Shown: piece after piece, positions 51,068 through 60,643 of the stretch
Numbering within the stretch: the stretch's first letter is position 1
Layout of the letters: each line of letters opens with the position of its first letter
Assembly (NCBI GenBank): GCA_963662795.1
Contig: OY759746.1
Span: 1,920,001-1,984,000, forward strand
DNA: 64,000 nt
Source of the DNA: Spirochaetia bacterium
Lineage (GTDB): Bacteria > Spirochaetota > Spirochaetia > CADAEX01
Direction: 5' to 3'
Made by a program: the position numbers and the translations under genes
Notes under the pieces: model-generated
The model's input: the letters and a program-made list of their open reading frames with translations, nothing else
Database searches by the model: none
Told to the model about the DNA's origin: nothing

Positions 51068-51377
51068 GGATATAAGCATTTCTAGAGATTATACAACCAC
51101 ACCTGGAGCACGTTATCGAAAAGATGGTAAATATTCGGGAGAAGATTTTAGAGAGGAATATCTCGAACCACTTTTTAATGAAGAATCAGATGAAGAAATT
51201 ATAATAAATTTAGATGGCGTTGAAGGGTATTCAACAGCATTTCTTGAAGAGGTATTTGGAGGGTTGGTAAGATTATTTGGAAAAAAAGTAGTACTTAAAA
51301 GAATAAAAATTATTTCTTATGAAGAACCATTATTGATTAAAGAAATTGAAAATTATATAGATAAGGCAATTAAATGA
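51060..51377 (+). CDS. STAS-like DUF4325 protein
   Basis: PGARY..G..SGEDFR...LDGVEGYSTAFLEEVFGGL. Confidence 0.85.
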   Translation: MAKDISISRDYTTTPGARYRKDGKYSGEDFREEYLEPLFNEESDEEIIINLDGVEGYSTAFLEEVFGGLVRLFGKKVVLKRIKIISYEEPLLIKEIENYIDKAIK

Positions 51378-51961
51378 AAAATAAAACTCGTGGATTTATA
51401 ATAATTGTAGGTATTATTCTAAGTGTAATGATTTTCTTTGCTTGCATCACAATTAATTATTGGAATATCGTAAAAAACAGTTTTTTTTCATATACGTTAA
51501 GCGATTTATTTGAATTAATTGTTACAATGGTTATTGGCCTTGTTGTAGCTGTATATTTCACTGTCGCAATGAATAGTTCGAGCAAAAGATTGGAAATAAT
51601 AATAGAAAATATTGGTATGCTTCAAGAATATTATAAAAATATTATAACAAATTATACAAAAAATTGTAATAAAAAATTAGACAAATGTAGTAAGGATTAT
51701 ATTATAAGAGTATTTCGAATGGCATCAAACGAATATGTTAATATTAAAGAATATTTAGAATATGAAAAAATATTCACTAAAGATATAAATGACATATATT
51801 TAATAATACAGAGTAATCATTTCGTTTTTAAAGAGCGAATAACAGATGAACCATTTTCTGATGACTTTATAATTAAAGAAAAAGAAATTAACTTAGCTTC
51901 AGAAAGTTATTATATAATAAAACAAAATATTCAAAAATTAAAAATGTGTCTTTATAAATAA
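51374..51961 (+). CDS. Two-TM hypothetical protein
   Basis: Two hydrophobic segments; translationally coupled. Confidence 0.7.
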   Translation: MKNKTRGFIIIVGIILSVMIFFACITINYWNIVKNSFFSYTLSDLFELIVTMVIGLVVAVYFTVAMNSSSKRLEIIIENIGMLQEYYKNIITNYTKNCNKKLDKCSKDYIIRVFRMASNEYVNIKEYLEYEKIFTKDINDIYLIIQSNHFVFKERITDEPFSDDFIIKEKEINLASESYYIIKQNIQKLKMCLYK

Positions 51962-52012
51962 TATTTACAAAAATAATAAAAAAATATATATAACAATAGT
52001 CATTTAAAAATA

Positions 52013-52304
52013 GTCCGGCCTTGGCTTCCAGCCGTACGGCTCGGGCAAGAAGCCTGGCCACTCCGTATAACAGCGATTATTTCGCTGCGCTCCCTTTGGT
52101 CGCTTGGGCTCCTGCCAGTTGAGCTGGCAGATCGCCATATTTTGTTTTCATAAAACCAGAACGACATGTATTCTATGCTTTTTATGTTTGAAAAATCAAA
52201 TAAATGTATTTTAGAGTTTAGCCACAAAACATCGAATAATCGCGAGACGTTATCCACAATGCCCCCACAAGAGAAAATCGCCCGGACCTCCGGCCGACGG
52301 GCGA
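52013..52304 (+). repeat. Composite repeat R34 (A|D)
   Basis: TAAC 52068-52071, GTT 52249. Confidence 0.9.
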
Positions 52305-52361
52305 GGGAAAAGGTGTAAAAAAATTATTTTATAATTATTATTAATTAAAGGAGCAAATAAA

Positions 52362-52577
52362 ATGTTTCTTATAATTGATATATTAATTGGAATATATTTT
52401 CCTAAAATAGCAATTGCATTAGGATTGTTTGGAATAATTTCAACTATTCCTGTTGCACTTATTAATGCAGCAAAGAATAAGATGGATCCCACTGTTTCAA
52501 TGTGGGTTTCAAAAACTTTTTGGTGGTCATTACCTCTACTTATCACTGGTATTATTAAGCTATCTTTCTATGGCTAA
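52362..52577 (+). CDS. Small membrane protein
   Basis: AGGAG RBS; hydrophobic 71 aa. Confidence 0.55.
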   Translation: MFLIIDILIGIYFPKIAIALGLFGIISTIPVALINAAKNKMDPTVSMWVSKTFWWSLPLLITGIIKLSFYG

Positions 52578-52633
52578 TAATAAATAATTTTAAGAAATTT
52601 TGAACAAATAACATAAAGCTGTATAATTTAAAT

Positions 52634-53515
52634 ATGAATAAAAAAATATTAATAATTTTATTATTAATGTGTTCCTCTAATTTGTATTGCCAAAACTATA
52701 AAACTATTACAATTCCTGAAATCGAAATACCTGAGATATATTTACCTGCTATTTATGTACCTGCTAGAATAATTCCAGGATTTGTAACTAAAAATGGTAT
52801 TGTTATTGATGAAATATATATACCTGAAATAAATATACCAGCAGTATTAATTCCAAAAGCTTCGACTAAAGCAAGAACAATTGTAATTCCTGATTATTCA
52901 TTAATAACTCGAGAACAAGTTGAAAAATATTTAAGATTATTTGACAAGAATGCTCAGCGGTTAAAACCATTATCATATCAGTATATGTCAGCTCAGGAGC
53001 GTAATGAAGCTTTCCGAGTTGTTTCACCTTATGTAAATATTTATATTCTAAAAATGTTTTCCTCTGCTGATATTGATAATTCAGGGACATTATCATTAAA
53101 TGAGCTTATATATTTTCAAAATCAATTATCAAAGAACTATACTTATCAGAATAATAATACAGCTTTAAGGCCTGATGCTTTTATAAAAAATGGTGGAGGG
53201 GATTGTGAAGACTGGGCATTATTAACAGCTGCTTTTTGTTTATATTGGGGATGGGATGCATATATTGGTTGTTTTTATGGTGATTCAAACATTGGCCATG
53301 CTCTTTGTCTTGTAAAATACCCATTTAATGTTCCGAAGGACTTTATTTCATGGAAAATTGATAAATCAGAAACAGCTGAAGGAGATATCATACAAAATGG
53401 GAATTATATTCCAGTTGATTATAATTACGTAGGCTCGTTTTCAAATGCAATACAAGCAGGAATGAAATTGAAATATGTATGTACACCAGAAAAAATGTAT
53501 AATCTGCCATTTTAA
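52634..53515 (+). CDS. Secreted transglutaminase-like/EF-hand protein with IPEI repeats
   Basis: Signal peptide; DIDNSGTLSLNE EF-hand; GDCEDWA...GHA...D triad. Confidence 0.7.
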   Translation: MNKKILIILLLMCSSNLYCQNYKTITIPEIEIPEIYLPAIYVPARIIPGFVTKNGIVIDEIYIPEINIPAVLIPKASTKARTIVIPDYSLITREQVEKYLRLFDKNAQRLKPLSYQYMSAQERNEAFRVVSPYVNIYILKMFSSADIDNSGTLSLNELIYFQNQLSKNYTYQNNNTALRPDAFIKNGGGDCEDWALLTAAFCLYWGWDAYIGCFYGDSNIGHALCLVKYPFNVPKDFISWKIDKSETAEGDIIQNGNYIPVDYNYVGSFSNAIQAGMKLKYVCTPEKMYNLPF

Positions 53516-53534
53516 TACTAAAGGAAGTGGATTC

Positions 53535-53948
53535 ATGAGAAAAATATTTTTTATATTCATATTCTTAAATATTACAAACTTTCTGATAGCCCAAACTAAT
53601 ACTGAAAATAAACAGAATCAAGCAATAGCCGATGCACTTCGTAGAATAGCAGAAACCAATAACAAAATTGAAAACATTATTTATGATGGGATGACATATC
53701 TTGATGTCATACTAATATTAAATCAGAAATTTGATATTAATCATGATACAAATTGGTTAATTCAATTTGGTCTTCAATACCAATATACTAGCTATCATAG
53801 TAATTATGTGATTTTTTGGACTGATTCTGCAAGATGGGAAAATGCTGAATACGAAATAAAATTGAAAAAAACTATTTCGCATAATCCAGTTGTTATTGGT
53901 TATGCTAATATAAACGATAAAAAATTAAAACATAATGTCTTAAGATAA
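53535..53948 (+). CDS. Hypothetical secreted protein
   Basis: MRKIFFIFIFL signal-like start after AAGGA. Confidence 0.6.
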   Translation: MRKIFFIFIFLNITNFLIAQTNTENKQNQAIADALRRIAETNNKIENIIYDGMTYLDVILILNQKFDINHDTNWLIQFGLQYQYTSYHSNYVIFWTDSARWENAEYEIKLKKTISHNPVVIGYANINDKKLKHNVLR

Positions 53949-53986
53949 AAGTGTTGTTTGCATAATGTATAGCATTATGTTTGTAG

Positions 53987-54769
53987 GTGTATAATATGGA
54001 AATATTTTATATAGTTATAATCATTATTGTTATTGTAATAATTCCGATGTCATTAATTTTAAGTCCTTTTGCCGTATACTCTAGGGCTGTTTTAAAAAAC
54101 TATAAGATGCAATTTGGAACAGAATTATCAAATGTTGATAAAGAAAAAATATATATAATTAAGAAAATGAAAGAAGATGGATTAACTCCTATGGATGCTA
54201 GTTGTTTATTGGCTACTTATTATAATTACGGACCAAATGAATTCTCAATTCATTATAATGCAATAAAAGACGGGAGGAAATACGATCAACCATGTAAAGG
54301 TTATAATGATACGAATAGTATTATTTATCAACAATTACCGTGTCTATTAAAAGATGCATACGAAAAAATGTTGCATGAGGCAATATCTTCATTTATGCAA
54401 TTTTGTTTAGATAACAATATAAAACATTGTAAAAATGTTGAAATCGAGATGAAGTATTTGTTTTATTTTATTTTTGATATATCAATTGCCTCAATACTTG
54501 AAAAAGAAAAAAGTAATTATGTCAGAGATAAATTTATTGATTCTTTAAAAATACCTGTAGAAAAAAGAGAAGAAATGGCTAACAGAACAATTGAATATTT
54601 TGAAGAAATTAAAAACAATAAAGATATTGAAATAAGAAATGCAGCTATTGGAAATGTTTTTGCAAAACATATTGGATTAATGTTTGATTTATTAGTCATT
54701 ACTTGGGCTTTTAATATTTTTAATAACTGCACAAGTGCAATAGAAAAAACATTACAAAAAAATATATAA
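53987..54769 (+). CDS. Hypothetical protein with N-terminal TM
   Basis: 260-aa ORF. Confidence 0.6.
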   Translation: MYNMEIFYIVIIIIVIVIIPMSLILSPFAVYSRAVLKNYKMQFGTELSNVDKEKIYIIKKMKEDGLTPMDASCLLATYYNYGPNEFSIHYNAIKDGRKYDQPCKGYNDTNSIIYQQLPCLLKDAYEKMLHEAISSFMQFCLDNNIKHCKNVEIEMKYLFYFIFDISIASILEKEKSNYVRDKFIDSLKIPVEKREEMANRTIEYFEEIKNNKDIEIRNAAIGNVFAKHIGLMFDLLVITWAFNIFNNCTSAIEKTLQKNI

Positions 54770-54807
54770 ACTATACAAGTAGAGTAATTATCTGACACTT
54801 TAAAGAA

Positions 54808-55083
54808 GTCCGGCCTTGGCTTCCAGCCGTGCGGCCTGGACAAGAAGTGGGGGCACTAGTGGATAACAGCGGTTCAAGCGCTGCGCTCGGTTTACCTCGC
54901 TTGGGCTTCGCCAAACATCGTAAGCTTGAAACTACGACTTTGAGAAACAACAAGTTTTTTGAAGAAAGAAATTACATCATAATATTAAATATTCTTGGTC
55001 TACGATGCTTCGCTTAACCGCGGGACGTTATGCTCAATACCAGCCGCAAGAGGAAATCGCCCGGACCTCCGGCCAACGGGCGA
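54808..55083 (+). repeat. Composite repeat R35 (D|K)
   Basis: TAAC 54864-54867, GTT 55027. Confidence 0.9.
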
Positions 55084-55206
55084 GGAGTTGCGGTAAATTA
55101 TTATAACTTATGTAAAGTAGCTGGCTATAAAATCTGATAAATGATCTTTAAATAATTCATTTAAAAATTGAAAAAATATAGTGCAAACTAATATTATAAA
55201 ATTGAT

Positions 55207-55235
55207 TTGACAATGTACCATAAAAGTGGTACATT
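55207..55235 (+). promoter_or_regulatory. TA promoter with inverted-repeat operator
   Basis: TTGACA...TACATT overlapped by AATGTACCA-N6-TGGTACATT. Confidence 0.7.
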
Positions 55236-55240
55236 AAAGC

Positions 55241-55606
55241 GTGAATAAACAAGATTGTACTGTTTATATCGGACAATGTTTTACTATTGAATGGTATTAT
55301 GATTCAACAGGTTATAGCCAAGCTTTTGAGTATTTTAAATCGACAAGTCAAGCCCAAAAGCGAAAATTCTTTGTTCTGGTAAAGCGAATAGCTGAATTTG
55401 GGAAGATAATGGATATAACCAAATTCAGAAATGAGGGAAATGAAATATATGCATTCAAACCACAACCAGATCGATATTTATGCTTTTTCATGAAGGGGAA
55501 AAAGATAATAATAACAAATGGTTTCAGTAAACGAACTGATAAGCTACCAAAGAAGGAAAAAGAAAAAAGTATAAAAGCAATGGAAGATTACAAACAAGGA
55601 AGGTAG
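55241..55606 (+). CDS. RelE/HigB (Gp49-like) toxin
   Basis: IYAFK...RYLCFF.GKKIIITNGFSKRTDKLP. Confidence 0.85.
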   Translation: MNKQDCTVYIGQCFTIEWYYDSTGYSQAFEYFKSTSQAQKRKFFVLVKRIAEFGKIMDITKFRNEGNEIYAFKPQPDRYLCFFMKGKKIIITNGFSKRTDKLPKKEKEKSIKAMEDYKQGR

Positions 55607-55610
55607 AAAA

Positions 55611-55880
55611 ATGGAAACAACTTTTGATAAATATATAAATAATGATCCCAAAGAACGTGAAAAATTTGATAGAGAATATGCGGATTTTCTTCTTTCTGAA
55701 TTTGTTCTCGAAAAAATGGATCAAGAGAATCTTACTGTCAGAGGATTAGCAAAAAAAGCTGGTGTATCTCCAACAATAATTCAGAAAATCAGAAGCAAAA
55801 ATGCAGAAAAAATTAATTATAGAACTTTTTCAAGTGTACTCAATTCACTTGGTTATAAAATAAATATTGAAAAAATCTGA
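55611..55880 (+). CDS. XRE-HTH antitoxin (HigA-like)
   Basis: LTVRGLAKKAGVSPTIIQ; follows toxin. Confidence 0.85.
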   Translation: METTFDKYINNDPKEREKFDREYADFLLSEFVLEKMDQENLTVRGLAKKAGVSPTIIQKIRSKNAEKINYRTFSSVLNSLGYKINIEKI

Positions 55881-55986
55881 TTATATTTTATTCCAACAAT
55901 AGATTTATCCGAAAGGCAATGAAAAGCATTTTTTCATTTATATGAATATCATTATGAAATAAGTAACACACAAAAAAAGAAAAGAA

Positions 55987-56259
55987 GTCCAGCCTTGGCG
56001 TTGCCGTGCGGCTTGGACAAGAAGCGGCTGGTACTGGAGCATAACAGAGGATAATTCGCTGCGCTCGGAGTACCTCGCTTGGCCTGCGGCACACATCGCA
56101 GGTTTTAAACTATAACTTCAATAAATAACCAGTTCTGGTTGAAAAATAGTTCAGCTATTAGATAATAATGCTATATCTACGATGCGTCGCTTATCCTCAG
56201 GACGTTATCCACAATATCATCGCAAGATGAGATCGCCCGGACCTCCGGCCCACGGGCGA
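55987..56259 (+). repeat. Composite repeat R36 (K|I)
   Basis: TAAC 56042-56045, GTT 56204. Confidence 0.9.
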
Positions 56260-56320
56260 AGAGATTATTATTGCAAACAAAACAATTATACTTTTATAAT
56301 AAAGAATAAAGGAAATAGAA

Positions 56321-57394
56321 ATGAATTACAGTCCAAAGATTAAACTGATTTCAGATAAGAATGATTTAAATATAGTATCATTTATTGTTCTCATCCTTTC
56401 AGATATTTTTATAAGCATTATTTTATTTTATGGATTAAGCCAGCAAATTGAGCAGTTTACTGATGAATACAAGTATTTCCCGTATGAATACAGAAACATA
56501 TTGATTGATAAAAACTGGGTAGAAAACAATATAATTGAAAAGACAGCAGAGCATATACTATCAAGAAAAAGAGCTACCTATGAAAAAATAAATATTGAAT
56601 ATAAATTACATCCAAAATGTCAGGAAATTGAAGATGTATTTAAAGAAATTGAAAATGACAATAATTTAGTACTTTCTCTAGAAGAATATGAAAGGCTGTC
56701 AAATAACTATTATACACTTAATAAAGCAGAAAAAGAATCTGAAGCAGGAGAAAGACTACAGGAGGAAATAGTTACTGCTGAGAAGCGGTTAAAAGAAGAA
56801 CAAAAAATTAATAATCTTATTGAAACAGTTTTTAGGCTTCAGAAGTATGACTTTACGAAAGATATAATCAGATTCAGAAAAGTATTTGCTTTAAAAAGAA
56901 CAATATTTGATTTTATTTTTCTCTTACCTGTATTGGTTGGTTTTATATATTGGAACAGAAGAGCATTTAAAGCAGAATCATATATACAGGTAATTGTCAG
57001 CTCGCATTATATAATAGTTGCATTCTTACCAATATTTTTTGAAATAATCCGCCTTGTAATTGAGGTTATTCCAAAAATATTATTGAAAACAATTTACGAT
57101 TTTCTGCTAAAACTAAATTTAATAACATTATGGTATTATGTAGTGCTCTTGCTCTCAGTATTTTTCATTATTTTTATTATATGGTTTTTACAGACAAAGA
57201 TATTTACAAAAGAGAAATATAGTATAAAACAATATGAAAAGAGTAAATGCATTATTTGCAATACTCGAGTTGATTACTCAAATAATAATTGTCCGGCATG
57301 TGGAGCATTATTAAAAGTTAAATGCAAAAATTGTGGAAAGGAAACTATAAATAATCTTCCATACTGTATTAATTGCGGTAGTAAAAATATTTGA
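56321..57394 (+). CDS. Membrane protein with C-terminal double zinc ribbon
   Basis: Four TM segments; four CxxC pairs. Confidence 0.8.
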   Translation: MNYSPKIKLISDKNDLNIVSFIVLILSDIFISIILFYGLSQQIEQFTDEYKYFPYEYRNILIDKNWVENNIIEKTAEHILSRKRATYEKINIEYKLHPKCQEIEDVFKEIENDNNLVLSLEEYERLSNNYYTLNKAEKESEAGERLQEEIVTAEKRLKEEQKINNLIETVFRLQKYDFTKDIIRFRKVFALKRTIFDFIFLLPVLVGFIYWNRRAFKAESYIQVIVSSHYIIVAFLPIFFEIIRLVIEVIPKILLKTIYDFLLKLNLITLWYYVVLLLSVFFIIFIIWFLQTKIFTKEKYSIKQYEKSKCIICNTRVDYSNNNCPACGALLKVKCKNCGKETINNLPYCINCGSKNI

Positions 57395-57420
57395 GAGAAA
57401 CTGGGTGCCTTGAAAAAGAA

Positions 57421-57691
57421 GTCCGGCCTTGGCGGTGCCGTGCGGCCTGGACAAGAAGCGATGATACTGGTGGATAACAGAGGATAATGCGCTTCGCTCC
57501 CTTTGGTCGCTTGGGCTTCGCCACACATCGTAGGTTTTGAACTACATTGTTTAGAAACAACAGGCTTTAAAAGAGACAAATTACAACTTTGGAATATTCA
57601 TTCTTGGGCTACGATGCGTCGCTTATCCTCGGGACGTTATACGAAAAATCCCAGCAAGAGAACATCGCCCGGACCTCCGGCCAACGGGCGA
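57421..57691 (+). repeat. Composite repeat R37 (I|L)
   Basis: TAAC 57475-57478, GTT 57636. Confidence 0.9.
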
Positions 57692-57749
57692 ATATAGCAA
57701 AATATTTATATTTTAACGAATAGAAATAACTTGAAAATGATTATAGCAA

Positions 57750-58106
57750 TTCTTCAAGAATATTTTTTTTTACAATTTCAATATTATTATTAATTTCACA
57801 TTCCCATAATATTAAAACTTTCCATCCCATACCTTTAAGAGTTTCATAATTTCTTAAATCACGTTTCATATTATTATCTAGTTTTTTATTCCAAAAAGTT
57901 ATATTTGTTTTTGGTCTTAATGACTTTGGGCAATTCTTATGTTGATGCCAAAAACACCCATTAATAAAAATTGCTATCTTTTTACTTGGAAAGACAATAT
58001 CAGGTTTACCTGGAAGTTTTGAATAATGAATATAATATCTAAATTTATTATTAAAAAGCCACTTCCGAATTATTAATTCAGGTGTTGTGCTTTTATCTTT
58101 ATAGAT
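57750..58106 (-). pseudogene. vsr: Very-short-patch repair endonuclease, degraded
   Basis: Minus strand reads TTPELIIR...LPGKPDIVF...FINGCFWHQH...RD...GWKVLII(fs)WECE; ATC instead of ATG after AGGAG; missed by ORF track. Confidence 0.85.
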
Positions 58107-58218
58107 GTTTTTCTCCTTGAAAATTCTTGAAAAAAAGCATTTAAAGCTTTACAATTGTATAGTATAATATTTTAATAAATATTGTTATAAATAACAAGTC
58201 CTATATAAGGGGATTGAT

Positions 58219-59382
58219 ATGGAAGCTAATTTTCCCGGGTTGGGGCTAATAAGTAGAGGTTACTACTATCCTTGGCAAGAAGAAGTAAAGAAAATTGCTA
58301 ATAATAATAAAAAAACATTAATTGAGACTTTTTCTGGTCCTGGTGGCATGAGTTTAGGTTTGGAGTGGGCTGGTTTTGATTTAAAATTAGCTTTTGATTA
58401 TGATAAAATGTCTGTTGAAACTCATAATAAAAATCTTGGCAATAAATGTTTACAGCTTGATGCACGCGATGTTTCTGGTAATTTTATATTAAATAAAACA
58501 AAGCTGAAAGGAGGAGATATTGATCTTGTTTCAGGCGGCCCCCCCTGTCAAGGATTTTCTAAACAAAAACGAGGAGCACATTTAGGTGATTCTCGTAATG
58601 AATTAGTTGATGAATATATTAGAATTATTCGAGAATTAAACCCTAGGTTTTTTTTATTTGAAAATGTTGCTATTTTTGGACAAAAAAGAGGAAAAAAGCA
58701 TATTGAAAATATGCTTTCATATTTTAATGATTATGATCTTAATCCGGCATTTTATAATGCAGCAAATTATGGACTACCACAAACTAGGCAAAGGTATATT
58801 ATTGTTGGAAAGAGAAAAGATATAAAAACTGCATATGAAATTCCATTACCGACTGTTGACAAATGGTTAACTATTGCTGATGTTTTTAAAGATTTACCAG
58901 AACCACCAGAGGATTATACTGAACATTCTAAATACCCAAATCATCAGAGAGCAAAAGTGACTGGTTTAAACATACATAGATTTCGCTTTGTCCCACAGGG
59001 GGGTGGTTGGCAGGATATTCCAATTGAATTACGTTTAAAATGTCATCGAGTTGCTGATACTAAATCAGGGGGTTGGCCTGATGTCTATGGAAGATTAGAA
59101 TGGAATGGACAATGTCCAACTATTACTGGGGGATTTGATAGTTTTACCCGTGGTCGTTATGGACATCCTTTTCATGATAGACCGATTACTCCAAGAGAAG
59201 CAGCAAGAATTCAAGGTTTTCCTGACTCATTTATTTTTCTAGGAACAAGAGGTGATATACGTTCACAAATTGGGAATGTAGTACCACCTCCTCTTGCTGA
59301 AGCTATTGGGTTGTCTATACTTAGAACATTATTTATAGAAGATGGATTAATTAATAAAGCTACTGAACGACTTGTTGTTTAA
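58219..59382 (+). CDS. C5-cytosine DNA methyltransferase
   Basis: FSGPGG, GGPPCQGFS, ENV, Q.R.R and RIQGFPD...QIGNVVPP. Confidence 0.95.
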   Translation: MEANFPGLGLISRGYYYPWQEEVKKIANNNKKTLIETFSGPGGMSLGLEWAGFDLKLAFDYDKMSVETHNKNLGNKCLQLDARDVSGNFILNKTKLKGGDIDLVSGGPPCQGFSKQKRGAHLGDSRNELVDEYIRIIRELNPRFFLFENVAIFGQKRGKKHIENMLSYFNDYDLNPAFYNAANYGLPQTRQRYIIVGKRKDIKTAYEIPLPTVDKWLTIADVFKDLPEPPEDYTEHSKYPNHQRAKVTGLNIHRFRFVPQGGGWQDIPIELRLKCHRVADTKSGGWPDVYGRLEWNGQCPTITGGFDSFTRGRYGHPFHDRPITPREAARIQGFPDSFIFLGTRGDIRSQIGNVVPPPLAEAIGLSILRTLFIEDGLINKATERLVV

Positions 59383-60269
59383 CTCATTAATTGTTCACGT
59401 TCTTTAAAAAACATACCAAGTGGATGAACATGAATAGGAGGATACCACTTGTTCATTTCTTTGTATTTTTCTGGAAGATCTAAATAATATACTCTTTTCA
59501 TTTGAGCTATGAACAATTGATAAATTCGCCATTGATCTGGAAGACATATTTCAGTAACTTCAAGTTTTCTTTGATCAACTTTTGTCTCACTTAAACATGT
59601 CAATAATCCTAAGAACCGACCATTTCCATATATCCCGTCCAGTACACGTTGATGAGCCCAAACTTGAATTACTCTTTCACGAGTTGAAGTTTTTACTGGT
59701 ACATGATATTTAGGCTTATTATAACCAAGGTCAAATATAAAATCTGTTGGAAGTTTTGAATTTAAATTATCAATATTTAATACTTCCACCTGTTTCCTTG
59801 GAGTAATACCTAAATTTGTAGAAAAAAGTTGACCCATAAAGTATTCAAAAAAGGTACCAGGTGTTTTCTGATCATTTGATTTAATCAGATCTATTGCACT
59901 GCAAAAGGAGATTGCAATTTTATAACAAATATTAGTAATTTCATCAGCAGTATAAGCTTCTATGTCATTTGTTTTTATTTTATCAATAAATATTCTTATA
60001 CTATTATCATCAACATTTATTAAGTTTTTATTTATTGCCCTAGTTCGATGATTATTGTTTTCATAGCATATATATTCTTTATTTGGAATTAAAGATTTTA
60101 AATTGATTAATTTTGATTTTGATAATAGTAATCTACTTTCATGATAAATATCAAAAATAATATCATATATATGACTTTGTCCTTCATTGCCATGAAATGA
60201 TTTTTTTAATTTATTATAATTTACTATTAGCTTTTTTTCCATAATTATAATATCGGTTGTTAATTTCAA
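59379..60269 (-). CDS. Type II restriction endonuclease (cognate to MTase)
   Basis: GTFFE...PTDF...KTSTRER motif; convergent with MTase. Confidence 0.75.
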   Translation of the reverse strand: MKLTTDIIIMEKKLIVNYNKLKKSFHGNEGQSHIYDIIFDIYHESRLLLSKSKLINLKSLIPNKEYICYENNNHRTRAINKNLINVDDNSIRIFIDKIKTNDIEAYTADEITNICYKIAISFCSAIDLIKSNDQKTPGTFFEYFMGQLFSTNLGITPRKQVEVLNIDNLNSKLPTDFIFDLGYNKPKYHVPVKTSTRERVIQVWAHQRVLDGIYGNGRFLGLLTCLSETKVDQRKLEVTEICLPDQWRIYQLFIAQMKRVYYLDLPEKYKEMNKWYPPIHVHPLGMFFKEREQLMS

Positions 60270-60312
60270 ATTGCTTAGAGCTATAAATGAATTGAAAAAT
60301 GCGAATTATATA

Positions 60313-60582
60313 GTCCAGCCCTTGGCGTTGCCGTGCGGTCTGGACAAGAAGCTGGGATTCTTCGTATAACAGAGGATACTGCGCTTCGCTCGGAGAACCT
60401 CGCTTGGCCTTCGGCATATTTTGCATTTTTATAATCAACACAATTAATAAAATAATGTTTTCAATATTGATAAAACAAAATATTGAAGCTTTTAGTATTT
60501 TGCAAAACATCGCGTATCCTCGGGACGTTATACGTAATGGCCAGGCAAGAGAAAATCGCCCGGACCTCCGGCCGACGGGCGA
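60313..60582 (+). repeat. Composite repeat R38 (L|A)
   Basis: TAAC 60367-60370, GTT 60527. Confidence 0.9.
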
Positions 60583-60643
60583 GGATATTTTAAAAAACAA
60601 TATTCCGGAGTATCATAAATAGTAATAAAGTAAGAGGTGTTTT

